DNA from: Thermoleophilia bacterium
GTDB lineage: Bacteria; Actinomycetota; Thermoleophilia; BMS3ABIN01
Length of the DNA stretch: 64,000 bases
NCBI GenBank assembly: GCA_020053595.1
Contig: JAGVMV010000024.1
Span: 29,707-93,706 of the forward strand
Reading direction: 5' to 3'
The notes below the pieces were generated by a model. The model had not been told where the DNA came from and searched no databases. It saw only the letters and a program-made list of their open reading frames with translations. The translations under genes and the position numbers were made by a program. This document shows, piece by piece, positions 45,789 through 55,878 of this stretch. Every line of letters starts with the position of its first letter. Positions within the stretch are counted from its first letter, which is position 1.

Positions 45789-46447
45789 TCGTCGCCATTG
45801 ACGGCCCGGCGGGCGCCGGCAAGAGTACCATCTCACGGCTGGTAGCCGACCGCTATGGCTGGACCTATCTGGACACCGGCGCCATGTACCGCGCGGTGAC
45901 TTTGCTGGCACTGGAGCAGGGCATCGCGCCTGGAGACGCCGATGAACTCGGCCTGCTTTCGCGCAACCTGGAGATCGGTTTTCAGCCAGGTCCCGGCGGC
46001 GTGCCGCGGGTTTTTGCCGGTTGCCGCGAGGTCACCGAGGAGATACGTTCGCAGGAAGTGACCGGCAACGTCTCGGAGGTGTCCGCCCAGGCGCCGGTGC
46101 GCGACACCATGCTGCAGAAACAGCGGGATTGCGCCGCCGATGGCAATGTGGTGGTCGACGGGCGTGACATCGGCACCGTGGTCTTTCCCGAGGCAGAGGT
46201 AAAGATTTTCCTGACCGCCTCAGTTGCCGAGCGGGCGCAACGCCGCCGCCTGGAACTGGGGGGCAAGGGCGTGGAAGTCGCCCAGGACAGGATGGAGCGG
46301 GAGATCGCCGCTCGCGATGACTACGATTCCAGCCGGAAAGTGGCTCCGCTGAAAGCGGCGGACGATGCGGTCCTGCTGGACACAACGGACCTGAACATCG
46401 AACAGGTAGTTGACAGGGTGGCGGAAATAGTTGAAGAAAAAATCTGA
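45785..46447 (+). CDS. cmk: Cytidylate kinase. A GTG start overlapping the aroA stop (GTGA) is preferred over the upstream ATG of the ORF track.
   Basis: IVAIDGPAGAGKSTISRLVADRYGWTYLDTGAMYRAVT is the canonical Cmk N-terminus. Confidence 0.8.
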   Translation: MIVAIDGPAGAGKSTISRLVADRYGWTYLDTGAMYRAVTLLALEQGIAPGDADELGLLSRNLEIGFQPGPGGVPRVFAGCREVTEEIRSQEVTGNVSEVSAQAPVRDTMLQKQRDCAADGNVVVDGRDIGTVVFPEAEVKIFLTASVAERAQRRRLELGGKGVEVAQDRMEREIAARDDYDSSRKVAPLKAADDAVLLDTTDLNIEQVVDRVAEIVEEKI

Positions 46448-47057
46448 GCCATATTCCCGGATAATTTACGCGATATCCAGGTTTATCATCACCCGGCCGA
46501 TCAAGTTCATGTTCCACATGGAGATCATCGGAGCGGAGAACTGGCCAAAGCACGGTCCGGCTATCCTCGCCGCCAACCATTCCAGTAACATGGACCCGCC
46601 ACTGGTCTGCCTCTCCTATCCGGGATATATCAGCTGGATGGGCAAGTCGGAGGTGCTCAGGGCGCCGGTGTTGGGCTGGTATCTCAAAAAGGTCGGGGCA
46701 TTCGAGGTGCGGCGCGGTGAAGCTGATCGCGAGGCCATCCGCCGGGCGCGGGAGCTGCTGGACGAAGGATATGTTGTCGGTATGTTCCCGGAAGGCTCAC
46801 GCCAGCGCGATGGCCATCTCGGCGAAGCCCTGCCGGGGGTGGGCATGCTGGCATTGACGCCCGGAGTGCCGGTCATTCCCGTGCGCATCCGCGGCAACGA
46901 CCAGATCGTCCGGAACGGCAGGCTGCACCGGCCGAAAGTCACTGTGACAGTTGGGCCGCCAGTCGACCTGGAGATGCCGGAGATGCCGGAGATGCCGAAA
47001 GGAAAATCCTACCGGGAAGCCAGCCGGCGGATCATGGCTGCGATCGAGGCGCTATGA
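46431..47057 (+). CDS. plsC: 1-acyl-sn-glycerol-3-phosphate acyltransferase
   Basis: HxxxxD motif (AANHSSNMDP) and FPEGSR motif. Confidence 0.85.
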   Translation: MKKKSEPYSRIIYAISRFIITRPIKFMFHMEIIGAENWPKHGPAILAANHSSNMDPPLVCLSYPGYISWMGKSEVLRAPVLGWYLKKVGAFEVRRGEADREAIRRARELLDEGYVVGMFPEGSRQRDGHLGEALPGVGMLALTPGVPVIPVRIRGNDQIVRNGRLHRPKVTVTVGPPVDLEMPEMPEMPKGKSYREASRRIMAAIEAL

Positions 47058-47121
47058 GGATAAGGAATAATCCGGCTGTGGACAGCTATGGTTGTGCCAA
47101 TCAAAACAGGATGATAACGGG

Positions 47122-47961
47122 ATGAAGATACTTATCTCCAAACGTGGCGGCTATTGTTATGGTGTCCAGCGCGCGCTGGAGGTCGCCGAACGGGCGGCCG
47201 AGGATTCCCCCGGCCCTATCCATACCATGGGACCGATAATCCACAACCCGGGTGTGGTCCGCGACCTTGCGGCGGCCGGCGTCTCGCCGGTGGAGGACCT
47301 CGAGGGTGTCACCGGGGGCACCATTATCCTCAGGACACATGGCGTTACGCCCCAAGTCATCGCTGACGCGAAGAAAAGAGGGCTGACGATTGTCGACGCC
47401 ACCTGTCCCTATGTGAAGGTGGCCCAGGAAAAAGCCTCTTTCCTCGGCGAACAGGGTTACCTGATCATTATCCTCGGCGAACATGAGCACCCGGAGGTGG
47501 TGGCGCTGGTGGCCAACGCCGGTGAGAAGACGATCGTTGTCGAAAACGCCGAGGAGCTCGATCTGAAACAGGCCCGGGGCAAGCGCGTTGGTGTTGTCGT
47601 CCAGACCACCCAGGCGAGCGCCAATCTGGCGGCGCTGGCGGCCCGGCTGGCCCCGGCCTGCCGGGAGCTGCTGATCTACAACACCATGTGCAATGCCACC
47701 CAGAAGTGCCAGGATGAGGCGTTGAGCCTCGCGCGCAAGGCGGACGCCGTCATCGTCATCGGCGGACGCAACAGCGCCAACACTACAAGGCTGTCACAGC
47801 TTTGTCGGGAGGTGCAGTCGCGTACTTACCACATCGAGGATGTCGGCGAGCTGAAGCCGGAATGGTTCAAAGGCGCCAAGACGGTTGCCATCACCGCTGG
47901 CGCCTCGACCCCGCCCGAACAGATGGAAGCGGCTGCGGCATGGCTGGAAAAGCTTGATTGA
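47122..47961 (+). CDS. ispH: 4-hydroxy-3-methylbut-2-enyl diphosphate reductase IspH/LytB. The ATG at 47122 is preferred; the ORF track starts at TTG 47092.
   Basis: GYCYGVQRA and ATCPYV cysteine motifs that ligate the Fe-S cluster. Confidence 0.85.
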   Translation: MKILISKRGGYCYGVQRALEVAERAAEDSPGPIHTMGPIIHNPGVVRDLAAAGVSPVEDLEGVTGGTIILRTHGVTPQVIADAKKRGLTIVDATCPYVKVAQEKASFLGEQGYLIIILGEHEHPEVVALVANAGEKTIVVENAEELDLKQARGKRVGVVVQTTQASANLAALAARLAPACRELLIYNTMCNATQKCQDEALSLARKADAVIVIGGRNSANTTRLSQLCREVQSRTYHIEDVGELKPEWFKGAKTVAITAGASTPPEQMEAAAAWLEKLD

Positions 47962-48016
47962 TCGAAAGTAGAGGTTATGGCTGCGACAGGCCTGAACAGG
48001 ATGGCGGTTTGCGGTT

Positions 48017-48802
48017 TCAGCCAGTCGGCCGGTTGCTCACCGCCAGCGGCACCTCCACCAGCAGTAGCTCGACATCGGCTTCAGCTTTGATGTGCAGATC
48101 CGGTACGCCGATGACCCGGGCCGCGCCCAGTGCCGGCACCGTGTGGCCGTTCGCCCTGACCGTTCCACCCTCCAGAACGTAGAGATAGGCACCCCGGCCG
48201 GTATCAAGGTGATGCTCGACCGCTTTCCCGTTCTTCAGAAACGAAGAAAAGACTCTGGCATCAGAGGCAATCGGCAGGGCGCCCTCGTCGGCCGCGTTGC
48301 TGGAAACAAGCGGCAGCAACCGGTTGGTCCGCTCCTGTTTTTCCACCGGTTTTCGCTGCAGCTCGGGTTCGAGGTCGGTACTCGAAGGCAGGAACCACAT
48401 CTGGACGAAACGCATGGCTTCATCCTGGTTGTCGTTGATCTCGGAGTGTGACATGCCGCGCCCGACTGTGGTGTGTTGCACCCACCCCTTCCTGAGGATG
48501 TCGCCCTCACCGTTCTCGTCGGCGTGGCGGAAGACGCCGCCGGCGCAATAAGTAACCACTTCGATGTTGCGGTGCGGGTGCAGCGGCCAGGTGGCGCCGG
48601 GTGTGAGAGTATCGTCATTGAATACCCGCAGGGTGCCGAAATGGCTGTATTCACGGTCATAATACTTGTCGAAGGAAAAATGCCATCGGCCCTCGAAGGT
48701 GCCGTTTTCGATGATGCCGCGGGCCTGGAATATGCTGTCAGGCTGCCGGACGATTATAAGGTCCCTGCCGGTGAGGCTTTCCATAAGAGCTCCAAGAATC
48801 AT
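48017..48802 (-). CDS. Pirin-family cupin protein. The start may lie at the internal Met of MESLTGRDL.
   Basis: Pirin N-terminal cupin motif with metal-binding His (HPHRNIEVVTYCAGGVFRHADENG). Confidence 0.8.
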   Translation of the reverse strand: MILGALMESLTGRDLIIVRQPDSIFQARGIIENGTFEGRWHFSFDKYYDREYSHFGTLRVFNDDTLTPGATWPLHPHRNIEVVTYCAGGVFRHADENGEGDILRKGWVQHTTVGRGMSHSEINDNQDEAMRFVQMWFLPSSTDLEPELQRKPVEKQERTNRLLPLVSSNAADEGALPIASDARVFSSFLKNGKAVEHHLDTGRGAYLYVLEGGTVRANGHTVPALGAARVIGVPDLHIKAEADVELLLVEVPLAVSNRPTG

Positions 48803-49020
48803 TTGTGGTTTCGCCCTGTAAATTTTCTTTCCCGCTGATAGCGTTTATAAAACCGCCGGTCTGAATCTTAAAAGCGCAAAGTGAGGAAAAACGCCCTTGA
48901 TTATTGTATTGGTGCTGATTAAAAGCGAAAGCGCTGCTACAATTAATCACTGGCTCAGGTTTTTCGAATGACGGGCAAGTAAAAGGGTTATGTGGGAGGA
49001 CTACCGGGAAACATTATTGT

Positions 49021-51474
49021 ATGAGACGATTGGCACCATTTTCAGCACTGGCGGTTCTGGCGCTAATAGCGTTGGTTGCCGTCGGGGCTATTTTCTTTTT
49101 GGGGGAAGATGATTCCGCTTCGCATTTGGCCATGGTACCCGGCGATTCGTCTCATACCGCCGGTAGCGATGGAGATTCAGCCGGTTCCCCGCCGGTGGTT
49201 TCTCCGGAAGAATCGACTGGCATAAAAAACGACTCGACGGTAGATACGGCTGGCCAATCTGTCGCGAACAGCCAGACCAGCCCGGGTTCACCGGCCAAAT
49301 CAACGCCCAGGCTGCAATCGAGCATCAGTGAACTCGCGGCGAAACAATCGCAGGAAGGGCCAGTCGCCGCCTCCGAATTTGCTGCCACGCGGGGTTTGAA
49401 GCTGAAGGATGGCAAGGTGCAGGTAGTCCTGGAAGCTGCTTCTGCCTCAGCTGATACAACCATCGACCCCGCCGTGTCCGTTGCGACACCGGCCGCCACA
49501 CAAGCGGACGCTGCCGCGGCCACGCAAGCCGCCATCGCCGCAGGCGCCATCATCGAGACCACCCACGACGGCCTCATCCAGGCTGAAGTACCGGTGGAGA
49601 GTCTGTCGCAACTGGCCGCCGCCCCTTCTATCAGTTACATCCGCGAACCTCACAAACCCTCGACTTTCGCCACCACCGAGGGTGTCGCCGACATCGGGGC
49701 TGATACCTGGCAATCCGCAGGCAACAACGGCGCCGGCGCCAAGGTAGCCGTGCTCGACCCCGGGTTTTCCGGCTACGATCAACTGGTTGCTGCGGGTGAG
49801 CTGCCGGCAAACGTTATCACCAGTTCGTTTTCCGGCGACATCACCGGCGGCGGCGAGACGCACGGGGCTGCCTGTGCCGAGATCGTCCACGACGTCGCCC
49901 CGGGCGCCCAGCTCTACCTGGTCAATTTCAGTACAGATGTGGAGCTTGGCAACGCTGTTGATTATCTGATCGCTCAGGATGTTGATGTGGTTTCCGCATC
50001 CTGGGGTTTCTATAGCTCTTTCCGCGGCGATGGTCAGGGTGACATCGATGACATGGTACAGCGGGCGAACGCTGCCGGCATCATCTGGGCGAACGCCTCA
50101 GGCAACGCCGCCCAGGCACACTGGAGCGGGCCTTTCACTGACGTCGATGGCGATTCCTGGCATGAATTCGCCACAGGCGACAACGGCAACGACATTACCG
50201 CCTCAGCCGGCTCTTCCATCGATTTCTACCTGACCTGGGATAAATGGCCGTTGACCAACCAGGATTACGACATATACTTGTACTGGAGCGGCAATACGAC
50301 GGCGGTCGCGGCTGGCGACAGCTGGCAGAACGGCAACCTACCGCCATCCGAGGAAATCCACTACACGGTACCGAGCGGCCAGAGCGGTACCTATTACATC
50401 GCTATCAACAACTACAACAACAGCGCCACTGGTGACGCCACCTTCCAGCTGTATTCATATCCCGGGCAGCTGCAGTACCAGGTCGCCGCAGGAAGCCTGG
50501 GTGGCCAACCCACCGATTCGGTCTACGCCATGACCGTTGGCGCGGTGCCGGTGGGCGGCACTACCATTGAAAATTTCAGTTCCCGGGGTCCGACGATCGA
50601 TGGCCGCATCAAGCCTGATATAACCGCGCCCGACCGGGTTTCGACCGTGACCTATGGCAGCCAGGGATTCTCGGGCACTTCGGCTGCCGCGCCTCATGCA
50701 GCCGGGGCTGCCGCGCTGTTCAAGGCGGCAAATCCGGCCTACACACCCTCGGCAATACAGGCGGCCCTGGAATCGCGGGCCACCGACCTGGGCACAGCGG
50801 GTAAAGACAATACATACGGCAGCGGTAAGCTGAACCTCGCGGATAAGACACCCCCCATAGTGACCGGAGTGCAACCATCCGGTGCTGTTTATGCCAGTTC
50901 GGGTACAGTAGCAGTCTATTATCTTGACTCCAACAGTGGTGTGGACACAGCCTCGGTACAGGTTACCATCGACGGCACAGCGCTTTCCGGCTGCGCCATT
51001 ACCGCGGCCGAGGCCAGCTGCCCGTTCTCCGGTTTATCTTCGGGCGCACATACCATCGGGGGCAGTGTCGCCGACCACGCTGGCAATACCAGCCCGATCA
51101 GCGGTTCATTTAACCTTGTTTGCGGTAAACCGGCGATCAGCCTCGGGGTACTGAACACCTTCTGGACTTCTTATGCCGACTACCAGGCGAGAGAGCTCTC
51201 GGCGACCTTCACAATCAGCAATGGTGGCATCAATGGAGCTTATAATGTCGTCATGGCTGGCAGCGTCAACACCAACAGAGCCCTGCTCATTTCACCTGTA
51301 CCACTGACCGTGGGCGACATCGACGCCTCCGGCGGCCCCGCCGACAGCGTCCAGGTGACGGTTAAATATCTGGTGCCCACAGATGTATCCATTTTCTATA
51401 CCACGGTTTATTTGACCGCAGATGATATTTGTGGGATATCCTATGACTATCCGTCCCCATATTCCGGTTCCTGA
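49021..51474 (+). CDS. Secreted subtilisin-like serine protease (S8 family) with C-terminal Ig-like domains
   Basis: Signal peptide. Catalytic triad motifs VAVLDPGF (Asp), THGAACAEI (His) and GTSAAAPHAAGAAAL (Ser). Long beta-rich C-terminal region. Confidence 0.8.
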   Translation: MRRLAPFSALAVLALIALVAVGAIFFLGEDDSASHLAMVPGDSSHTAGSDGDSAGSPPVVSPEESTGIKNDSTVDTAGQSVANSQTSPGSPAKSTPRLQSSISELAAKQSQEGPVAASEFAATRGLKLKDGKVQVVLEAASASADTTIDPAVSVATPAATQADAAAATQAAIAAGAIIETTHDGLIQAEVPVESLSQLAAAPSISYIREPHKPSTFATTEGVADIGADTWQSAGNNGAGAKVAVLDPGFSGYDQLVAAGELPANVITSSFSGDITGGGETHGAACAEIVHDVAPGAQLYLVNFSTDVELGNAVDYLIAQDVDVVSASWGFYSSFRGDGQGDIDDMVQRANAAGIIWANASGNAAQAHWSGPFTDVDGDSWHEFATGDNGNDITASAGSSIDFYLTWDKWPLTNQDYDIYLYWSGNTTAVAAGDSWQNGNLPPSEEIHYTVPSGQSGTYYIAINNYNNSATGDATFQLYSYPGQLQYQVAAGSLGGQPTDSVYAMTVGAVPVGGTTIENFSSRGPTIDGRIKPDITAPDRVSTVTYGSQGFSGTSAAAPHAAGAAALFKAANPAYTPSAIQAALESRATDLGTAGKDNTYGSGKLNLADKTPPIVTGVQPSGAVYASSGTVAVYYLDSNSGVDTASVQVTIDGTALSGCAITAAEASCPFSGLSSGAHTIGGSVADHAGNTSPISGSFNLVCGKPAISLGVLNTFWTSYADYQARELSATFTISNGGINGAYNVVMAGSVNTNRALLISPVPLTVGDIDASGGPADSVQVTVKYLVPTDVSIFYTTVYLTADDICGISYDYPSPYSGS

Positions 51475-51485
51475 CGCATAACGGT

Positions 51486-52790
51486 TTGAACGCAACTCAA
51501 AAGCATCCAGGCGGCCTCGTGGCAGCCGTACAGACCGGAAGCCCCGCCTCGACCGCCGGAATCGAACCCGGGGATGTCATCATTTCGCTCGACGGTCATC
51601 TGCTCGATGACGTCATCGATTACCAGTTCTATTTCGAGCCCCGGGTCCAGGTTGTTGAGCTGGAGCGCGCCGGCCACATCCTCGAACTCGAGTTCGACAA
51701 TACTGAAGGCGGCGACCCCGGCATCTTTTTCAGCAACGTCATCTTCGACCGCGTCCGAACCTGCTCCAACCGTTGCCTGTTCTGCTTCATCGAACAGGTT
51801 CCAATAGGCCTGAGGCCGCCGCTCTATCTGAAAGATGACGACTACCGCCTCTCCTTCCTCAACGGGAATTTCATCACCCTGGGGAATCTTAGGGAAAGCG
51901 ACCTGACCCGCATCATCGAACAGCGTCTTAGCCCCCTGTATATTTCAGTTCATGCCACCGACCCGGAAGTGCGTGGCCTGCTGATGGGTTGCAGTTCTGA
52001 TATGGCGCAGCGAGGCCTGGCGAACCTGAAGAGGCTGGGGGACGCGGGTATTGAGAGCCATATCCAGATAGTGCTTTGCCCGGAGATTAACGATGGCGCC
52101 GTGCTCGAGCAGACAATAAACGAGCTGGGGAAGGACTATACCGGCGTCGCCAGCATCGGTGTCGTTCCCGTGGCGCTGGACGCGGAGTATCTTCGGGAGC
52201 ATCCCAAAACCGCGCTCCGGCCGGTCTCGGTCGAGGATTGCATCGCAGTCGTCGACGCTACAGACGATTGGCAGATGAGATTCCGCCGGGAGCGAGGCTA
52301 TGGTTTTGTCTACGCCGCCGACGAGTTTTTGCTCAGGTCCGGCCGGCCGCTGCCGCCCCCGGAATATTACGACGATTTCGCCCAGTATGAGAACGGTGTC
52401 GGCATCTGCCGGAGCTTCGTCGAAGAGGGTGAGGGTCTGATCGGGGATCTTCTTGCCGGTCGCGACGCCACCACCGGATCCGGCCGCGTCTTTCTGCTAA
52501 CCGGGACGCTGGCGGCGGATTTCATGGCAGTGGCCTGCGACCGGCTCAGCCAGGCGCTTGATCGCGAAATACTGCCACTGGTCGCCGGCAACCAGCTTTT
52601 CGGCTCCCATGTTACCGTGACCGGCCTCCTCGGTGGACGAGACATAATAACCGCCGTTGAAGCCGCTGATCTTAGCCGGAACGATCTGCTGCTGGTTCCC
52701 CCCAGCACGATGGAGAGCTCAGGCGAGCGCTTTCTTGACGATCTCACTTTTGAAGAGCTCAACGAGCTGCTGCCCTGCGAAGTTATCTGA
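51486..52790 (+). CDS. PDZ-domain/DUF512 radical-SAM-like Fe-S protein (TIGR03279-like)
   Basis: N-terminal PDZ (GSPASTAGIEPGDVIISLDG). CSNRCLFCFIEQVP Cys motif characteristic of DUF512. Confidence 0.65.
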   Translation: MNATQKHPGGLVAAVQTGSPASTAGIEPGDVIISLDGHLLDDVIDYQFYFEPRVQVVELERAGHILELEFDNTEGGDPGIFFSNVIFDRVRTCSNRCLFCFIEQVPIGLRPPLYLKDDDYRLSFLNGNFITLGNLRESDLTRIIEQRLSPLYISVHATDPEVRGLLMGCSSDMAQRGLANLKRLGDAGIESHIQIVLCPEINDGAVLEQTINELGKDYTGVASIGVVPVALDAEYLREHPKTALRPVSVEDCIAVVDATDDWQMRFRRERGYGFVYAADEFLLRSGRPLPPPEYYDDFAQYENGVGICRSFVEEGEGLIGDLLAGRDATTGSGRVFLLTGTLAADFMAVACDRLSQALDREILPLVAGNQLFGSHVTVTGLLGGRDIITAVEAADLSRNDLLLVPPSTMESSGERFLDDLTFEELNELLPCEVI

Positions 52791-52834
52791 GTGGTTTTTC
52801 ACGTGCCTGCCGCGTTAACTGATAGAATCCCACA

Positions 52835-54145
52835 ATGCCCATACTGCCAAAAGTCGCTGTTGTCGGTTACCCCAATGTGGGTAAATCGACTCTGCTCAAC
52901 CGCCTGACCGGCCGTCGCGACGCCGTCGTCCACAGCGAGGCCGGCGTGACCCGAGACCGCAAGGAATTGCAGGTCGACTGGATCGGGCGCTCGTTTACGC
53001 TCATCGACACCGGCGGCGTTGACACCGCCGATCGCCGGCAGATGGCGCGCCAGATACGTGTCCAGGTCGAGGCGGCGCTCAAGGAGGCGGCACTGGTGCT
53101 GCTGGTCGTTGACGGCCTCACCGGCATCGGCCCCGGCGACGAGGATCTGGCCCAGATCGTTCGCCGCAGCAAGCGTCCCGCCATCCTGGTCGCCAACAAG
53201 ATCGATGACTTCAATCGCGTTGACCTGATCCACGAGTTTCATGCCCTGGGCATGGGTGAGCCGCTCCCGCTGAGCGCCTTGCACGGCACCGGCTCGGGCG
53301 ATCTGCTGGATATGATCGTCGATCGACTCGAGGAGATGGGGGAGATCACGGAAGCTGAAAGCCGCGAGGAGATCCGCGTCGCCTTCATCGGCAAACCGAA
53401 CGCCGGCAAGTCCTCGATGCTCAACCGCATGCTCGGGGAGGAGCGGGTCATCGTTTCCGCCGAGCCCGGCACTACCCGGGACAGCATCGACACCGTCGTC
53501 GAGGCGGGGGACTCGCTGATCCGCTTCGTCGACACCGCCGGGCTGCGCCGTCCCGGCAAGCTCAGCGACGACGTTGAATACTACAGCCGCGTACGCGCCT
53601 TCGCTGCCCTGGAAAAGGCCCAGATCGCCCTGATCCTGGTGGATTGCACCGTCGGCCTGACCGACTATGACCTCACCATCATCGACGAGGCGATGAAGCG
53701 CAACTGTGCCGCGGCGCTTCTGCTCAACAAGTGGGACCTGCAGAAGCTCGACCTCGAGGATCTCAAGTGGAAGCTTGGCCGCAAGACGACGCTGAAGCCG
53801 CCGTTTCTGGCGACTTCGGCGCTCACCGGCCGCGGCGTCAAGGACATCCTGCCGTTGATCCGCCATCTGCACGAGCTCTATACCACACACATTTCCACCC
53901 GCGAGCTCAACAAGTTTTTAACCGAGATCAAGACGGAGCATTCACCGCCCATCGTCCGCGGCCGCCAGCTGAAGATGTACTACGTCAGCCAGCCGGCGGC
54001 GGCGCCACCACGCATCGTCGTCCAGGTAAACAACAAGGGGCTGGTCACCAGGCCCTACGCCACCTACCTGGAAAACACCATGCGTGAGCGCTTCGGCTAC
54101 TTCGGCTGCCCGCTGGTGATCGAGTTCCGGGGCAAGAAGGGATAG
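52835..54145 (+). CDS. der: Ribosome-biogenesis GTPase Der (EngA), tandem GTPase domains plus KH-like domain
   Basis: Two G-domains (VAVVGYPNVGKSTLLN and VAFIGKPNAGKSSMLN) and a C-terminal KH-like region. Confidence 0.9.
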   Translation: MPILPKVAVVGYPNVGKSTLLNRLTGRRDAVVHSEAGVTRDRKELQVDWIGRSFTLIDTGGVDTADRRQMARQIRVQVEAALKEAALVLLVVDGLTGIGPGDEDLAQIVRRSKRPAILVANKIDDFNRVDLIHEFHALGMGEPLPLSALHGTGSGDLLDMIVDRLEEMGEITEAESREEIRVAFIGKPNAGKSSMLNRMLGEERVIVSAEPGTTRDSIDTVVEAGDSLIRFVDTAGLRRPGKLSDDVEYYSRVRAFAALEKAQIALILVDCTVGLTDYDLTIIDEAMKRNCAAALLLNKWDLQKLDLEDLKWKLGRKTTLKPPFLATSALTGRGVKDILPLIRHLHELYTTHISTRELNKFLTEIKTEHSPPIVRGRQLKMYYVSQPAAAPPRIVVQVNNKGLVTRPYATYLENTMRERFGYFGCPLVIEFRGKKG

Positions 54146-54201
54146 CTTCTCGTGTATCTGCCAGTCCATAGCCGCCAGACTGGATCGGAAAAGGGGACGG
54201 C

Positions 54202-54840
54202 TTGGTGCTGACCGCCATCGCGCTGATCATTTTCGCCTACCTGCTGGGGTCGGTGCCGTTTGCGCTCCTGATCGGCAAGGGCATCTATGGCGTCGATGTC
54301 CGCCAGCGCGGCTCGGGCAACATCGGCACCACCAACGTCTTCCGCGTCCTCGGGAAGCGGGCCGGAGCACTCGTTTTCGCCGGCGACCTGCTCAAGGGCT
54401 TTATACCCGTATATTTTTCATTAAATTTACCCTCATACCTTTCATCAAATTTTTCTTCTGTTGAAAACGTCAAGCTGGTGGCCGTGCTGGCCGCCGGCGC
54501 CGCCATCGCCGGCCACACGTTCCCGATATTCCTGAGGTTCAAGGGCGGCAAGGGAGTCGCCACCGGAGCCGGCACCATCCTGGCATTGATGCCGACACTC
54601 TTTTTCATCACCTTCGCCGTATTCTGGGTCGTGCTCATCGCCACGCGCACCGTTTCGATAGCGTCTCTTACAGCGGTGACGGCGCTCTGTCTCGAGGTCA
54701 TCGTCACCGACCAGCCTACGCCGTACACGGTCTTCACTTTCATGGGCGCGGCCGTGATATTCTACGCTCACCGCTCGAACATCAAGCGGCTTCGTAATGG
54801 GGAAGAGAGCCAGGTAACCTTTCCGTGGAACCGCAAATGA
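54202..54840 (+). CDS. plsY: Glycerol-3-phosphate acyltransferase PlsY
   Basis: LGSVPFALLIGK...GSGNIGTTNVFR motifs. Multi-TM. Confidence 0.85.
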   Translation: MVLTAIALIIFAYLLGSVPFALLIGKGIYGVDVRQRGSGNIGTTNVFRVLGKRAGALVFAGDLLKGFIPVYFSLNLPSYLSSNFSSVENVKLVAVLAAGAAIAGHTFPIFLRFKGGKGVATGAGTILALMPTLFFITFAVFWVVLIATRTVSIASLTAVTALCLEVIVTDQPTPYTVFTFMGAAVIFYAHRSNIKRLRNGEESQVTFPWNRK

Positions 54841-55844
54841 ACGGCAGCATCAAGGCATCGGTCGTCGGCGGCGGCAGCTGGGGAACGGCTTTCGCCCGGC
54901 TGCTGGCGCGCGCCGGTGCGGAAACGGAGATCATCTGCCGCCGGCCCGAACAGGCCGAAGCGATCAATCGCAGCCACCGGAACCCGGATTACCTGCGTGA
55001 CATTGAGCTGCCGGCGTCCCTTACCGCCGCATCCTTCGAAAACAACCACCTGCAGTCAGCCGGCCTGGCCGTCATCGCCATCCCCAGCAAGGTCTATCGG
55101 ACGGTTGTCAGGGAAATTGCGGCCAGCCTCAATCCGGAAGCCGCCGTCCTCAGCCTGACCAAGGGCCTCGAGCCGGTGACTCTGAAACGTTTGTCCCAGG
55201 TGCTCGCCGAAGAGCTGCCAGAGCCCGCCGCTTCCCGCATCATGGTCCTCTCCGGGCCGAACCACGCCGAGGAGGTCGCCCTGGACATTCCCACGGCGAC
55301 GACCATCGCCTCGACGGATCTCGAGCTTGCCGCTTGGATGCAGAAGCTCATCTCAACCGAAAGTTTCCGTCCATATGTCAATCCCGACCTCACGGGCGTC
55401 GAGCTCTGCGCCGCCGCCAAGAACGTCATTGCCCTGGCCGCCGGCATGAGCGACGGCCTCGGCTTCGGCGATAACACCAAGGCGAGCCTGATTACCCGAG
55501 GCCTGGCGGAGATGGCTCGCCTGGGAGACAGGTTCGGCGCCGACCCCCAGACCTTTTCCGGTCTCGCCGGGATGGGTGACCTGATCGCCACCTGCACTAG
55601 CCGCCACAGCCGCAACCGCATGGCCGGCGAGCTCATCGCCACCGGGAAGACGCCGGCCGAGGCTGAAGCCAAAATGGGCATGGTGGCTGAAGGGCTGACC
55701 AGCGCCGCCGCGGTCCTGGAGCTGGCGCTGGCAAACGGCGTCGAGATGCCCATCACCGAGCAGGTCTGCGCGGTTATCTATCAGGGTAAGGACGTACGCC
55801 GCGCCGTCGCCGTGCTCATGGCCCGCGCCCCGCGGCCGGAATAA
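54825..55844 (+). CDS. gpsA: NAD(P)H-dependent glycerol-3-phosphate dehydrogenase. An alternative start at 54837 is possible.
   Basis: VVGGGSWGTAFA Rossmann motif and a GpsA-family C-terminal domain. Confidence 0.85.
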   Translation: MEPQMNGSIKASVVGGGSWGTAFARLLARAGAETEIICRRPEQAEAINRSHRNPDYLRDIELPASLTAASFENNHLQSAGLAVIAIPSKVYRTVVREIAASLNPEAAVLSLTKGLEPVTLKRLSQVLAEELPEPAASRIMVLSGPNHAEEVALDIPTATTIASTDLELAAWMQKLISTESFRPYVNPDLTGVELCAAAKNVIALAAGMSDGLGFGDNTKASLITRGLAEMARLGDRFGADPQTFSGLAGMGDLIATCTSRHSRNRMAGELIATGKTPAEAEAKMGMVAEGLTSAAAVLELALANGVEMPITEQVCAVIYQGKDVRRAVAVLMARAPRPE

Positions 55845-55878
55845 CCCGGGAAACCCCAGGGGACACATTACTGAATCC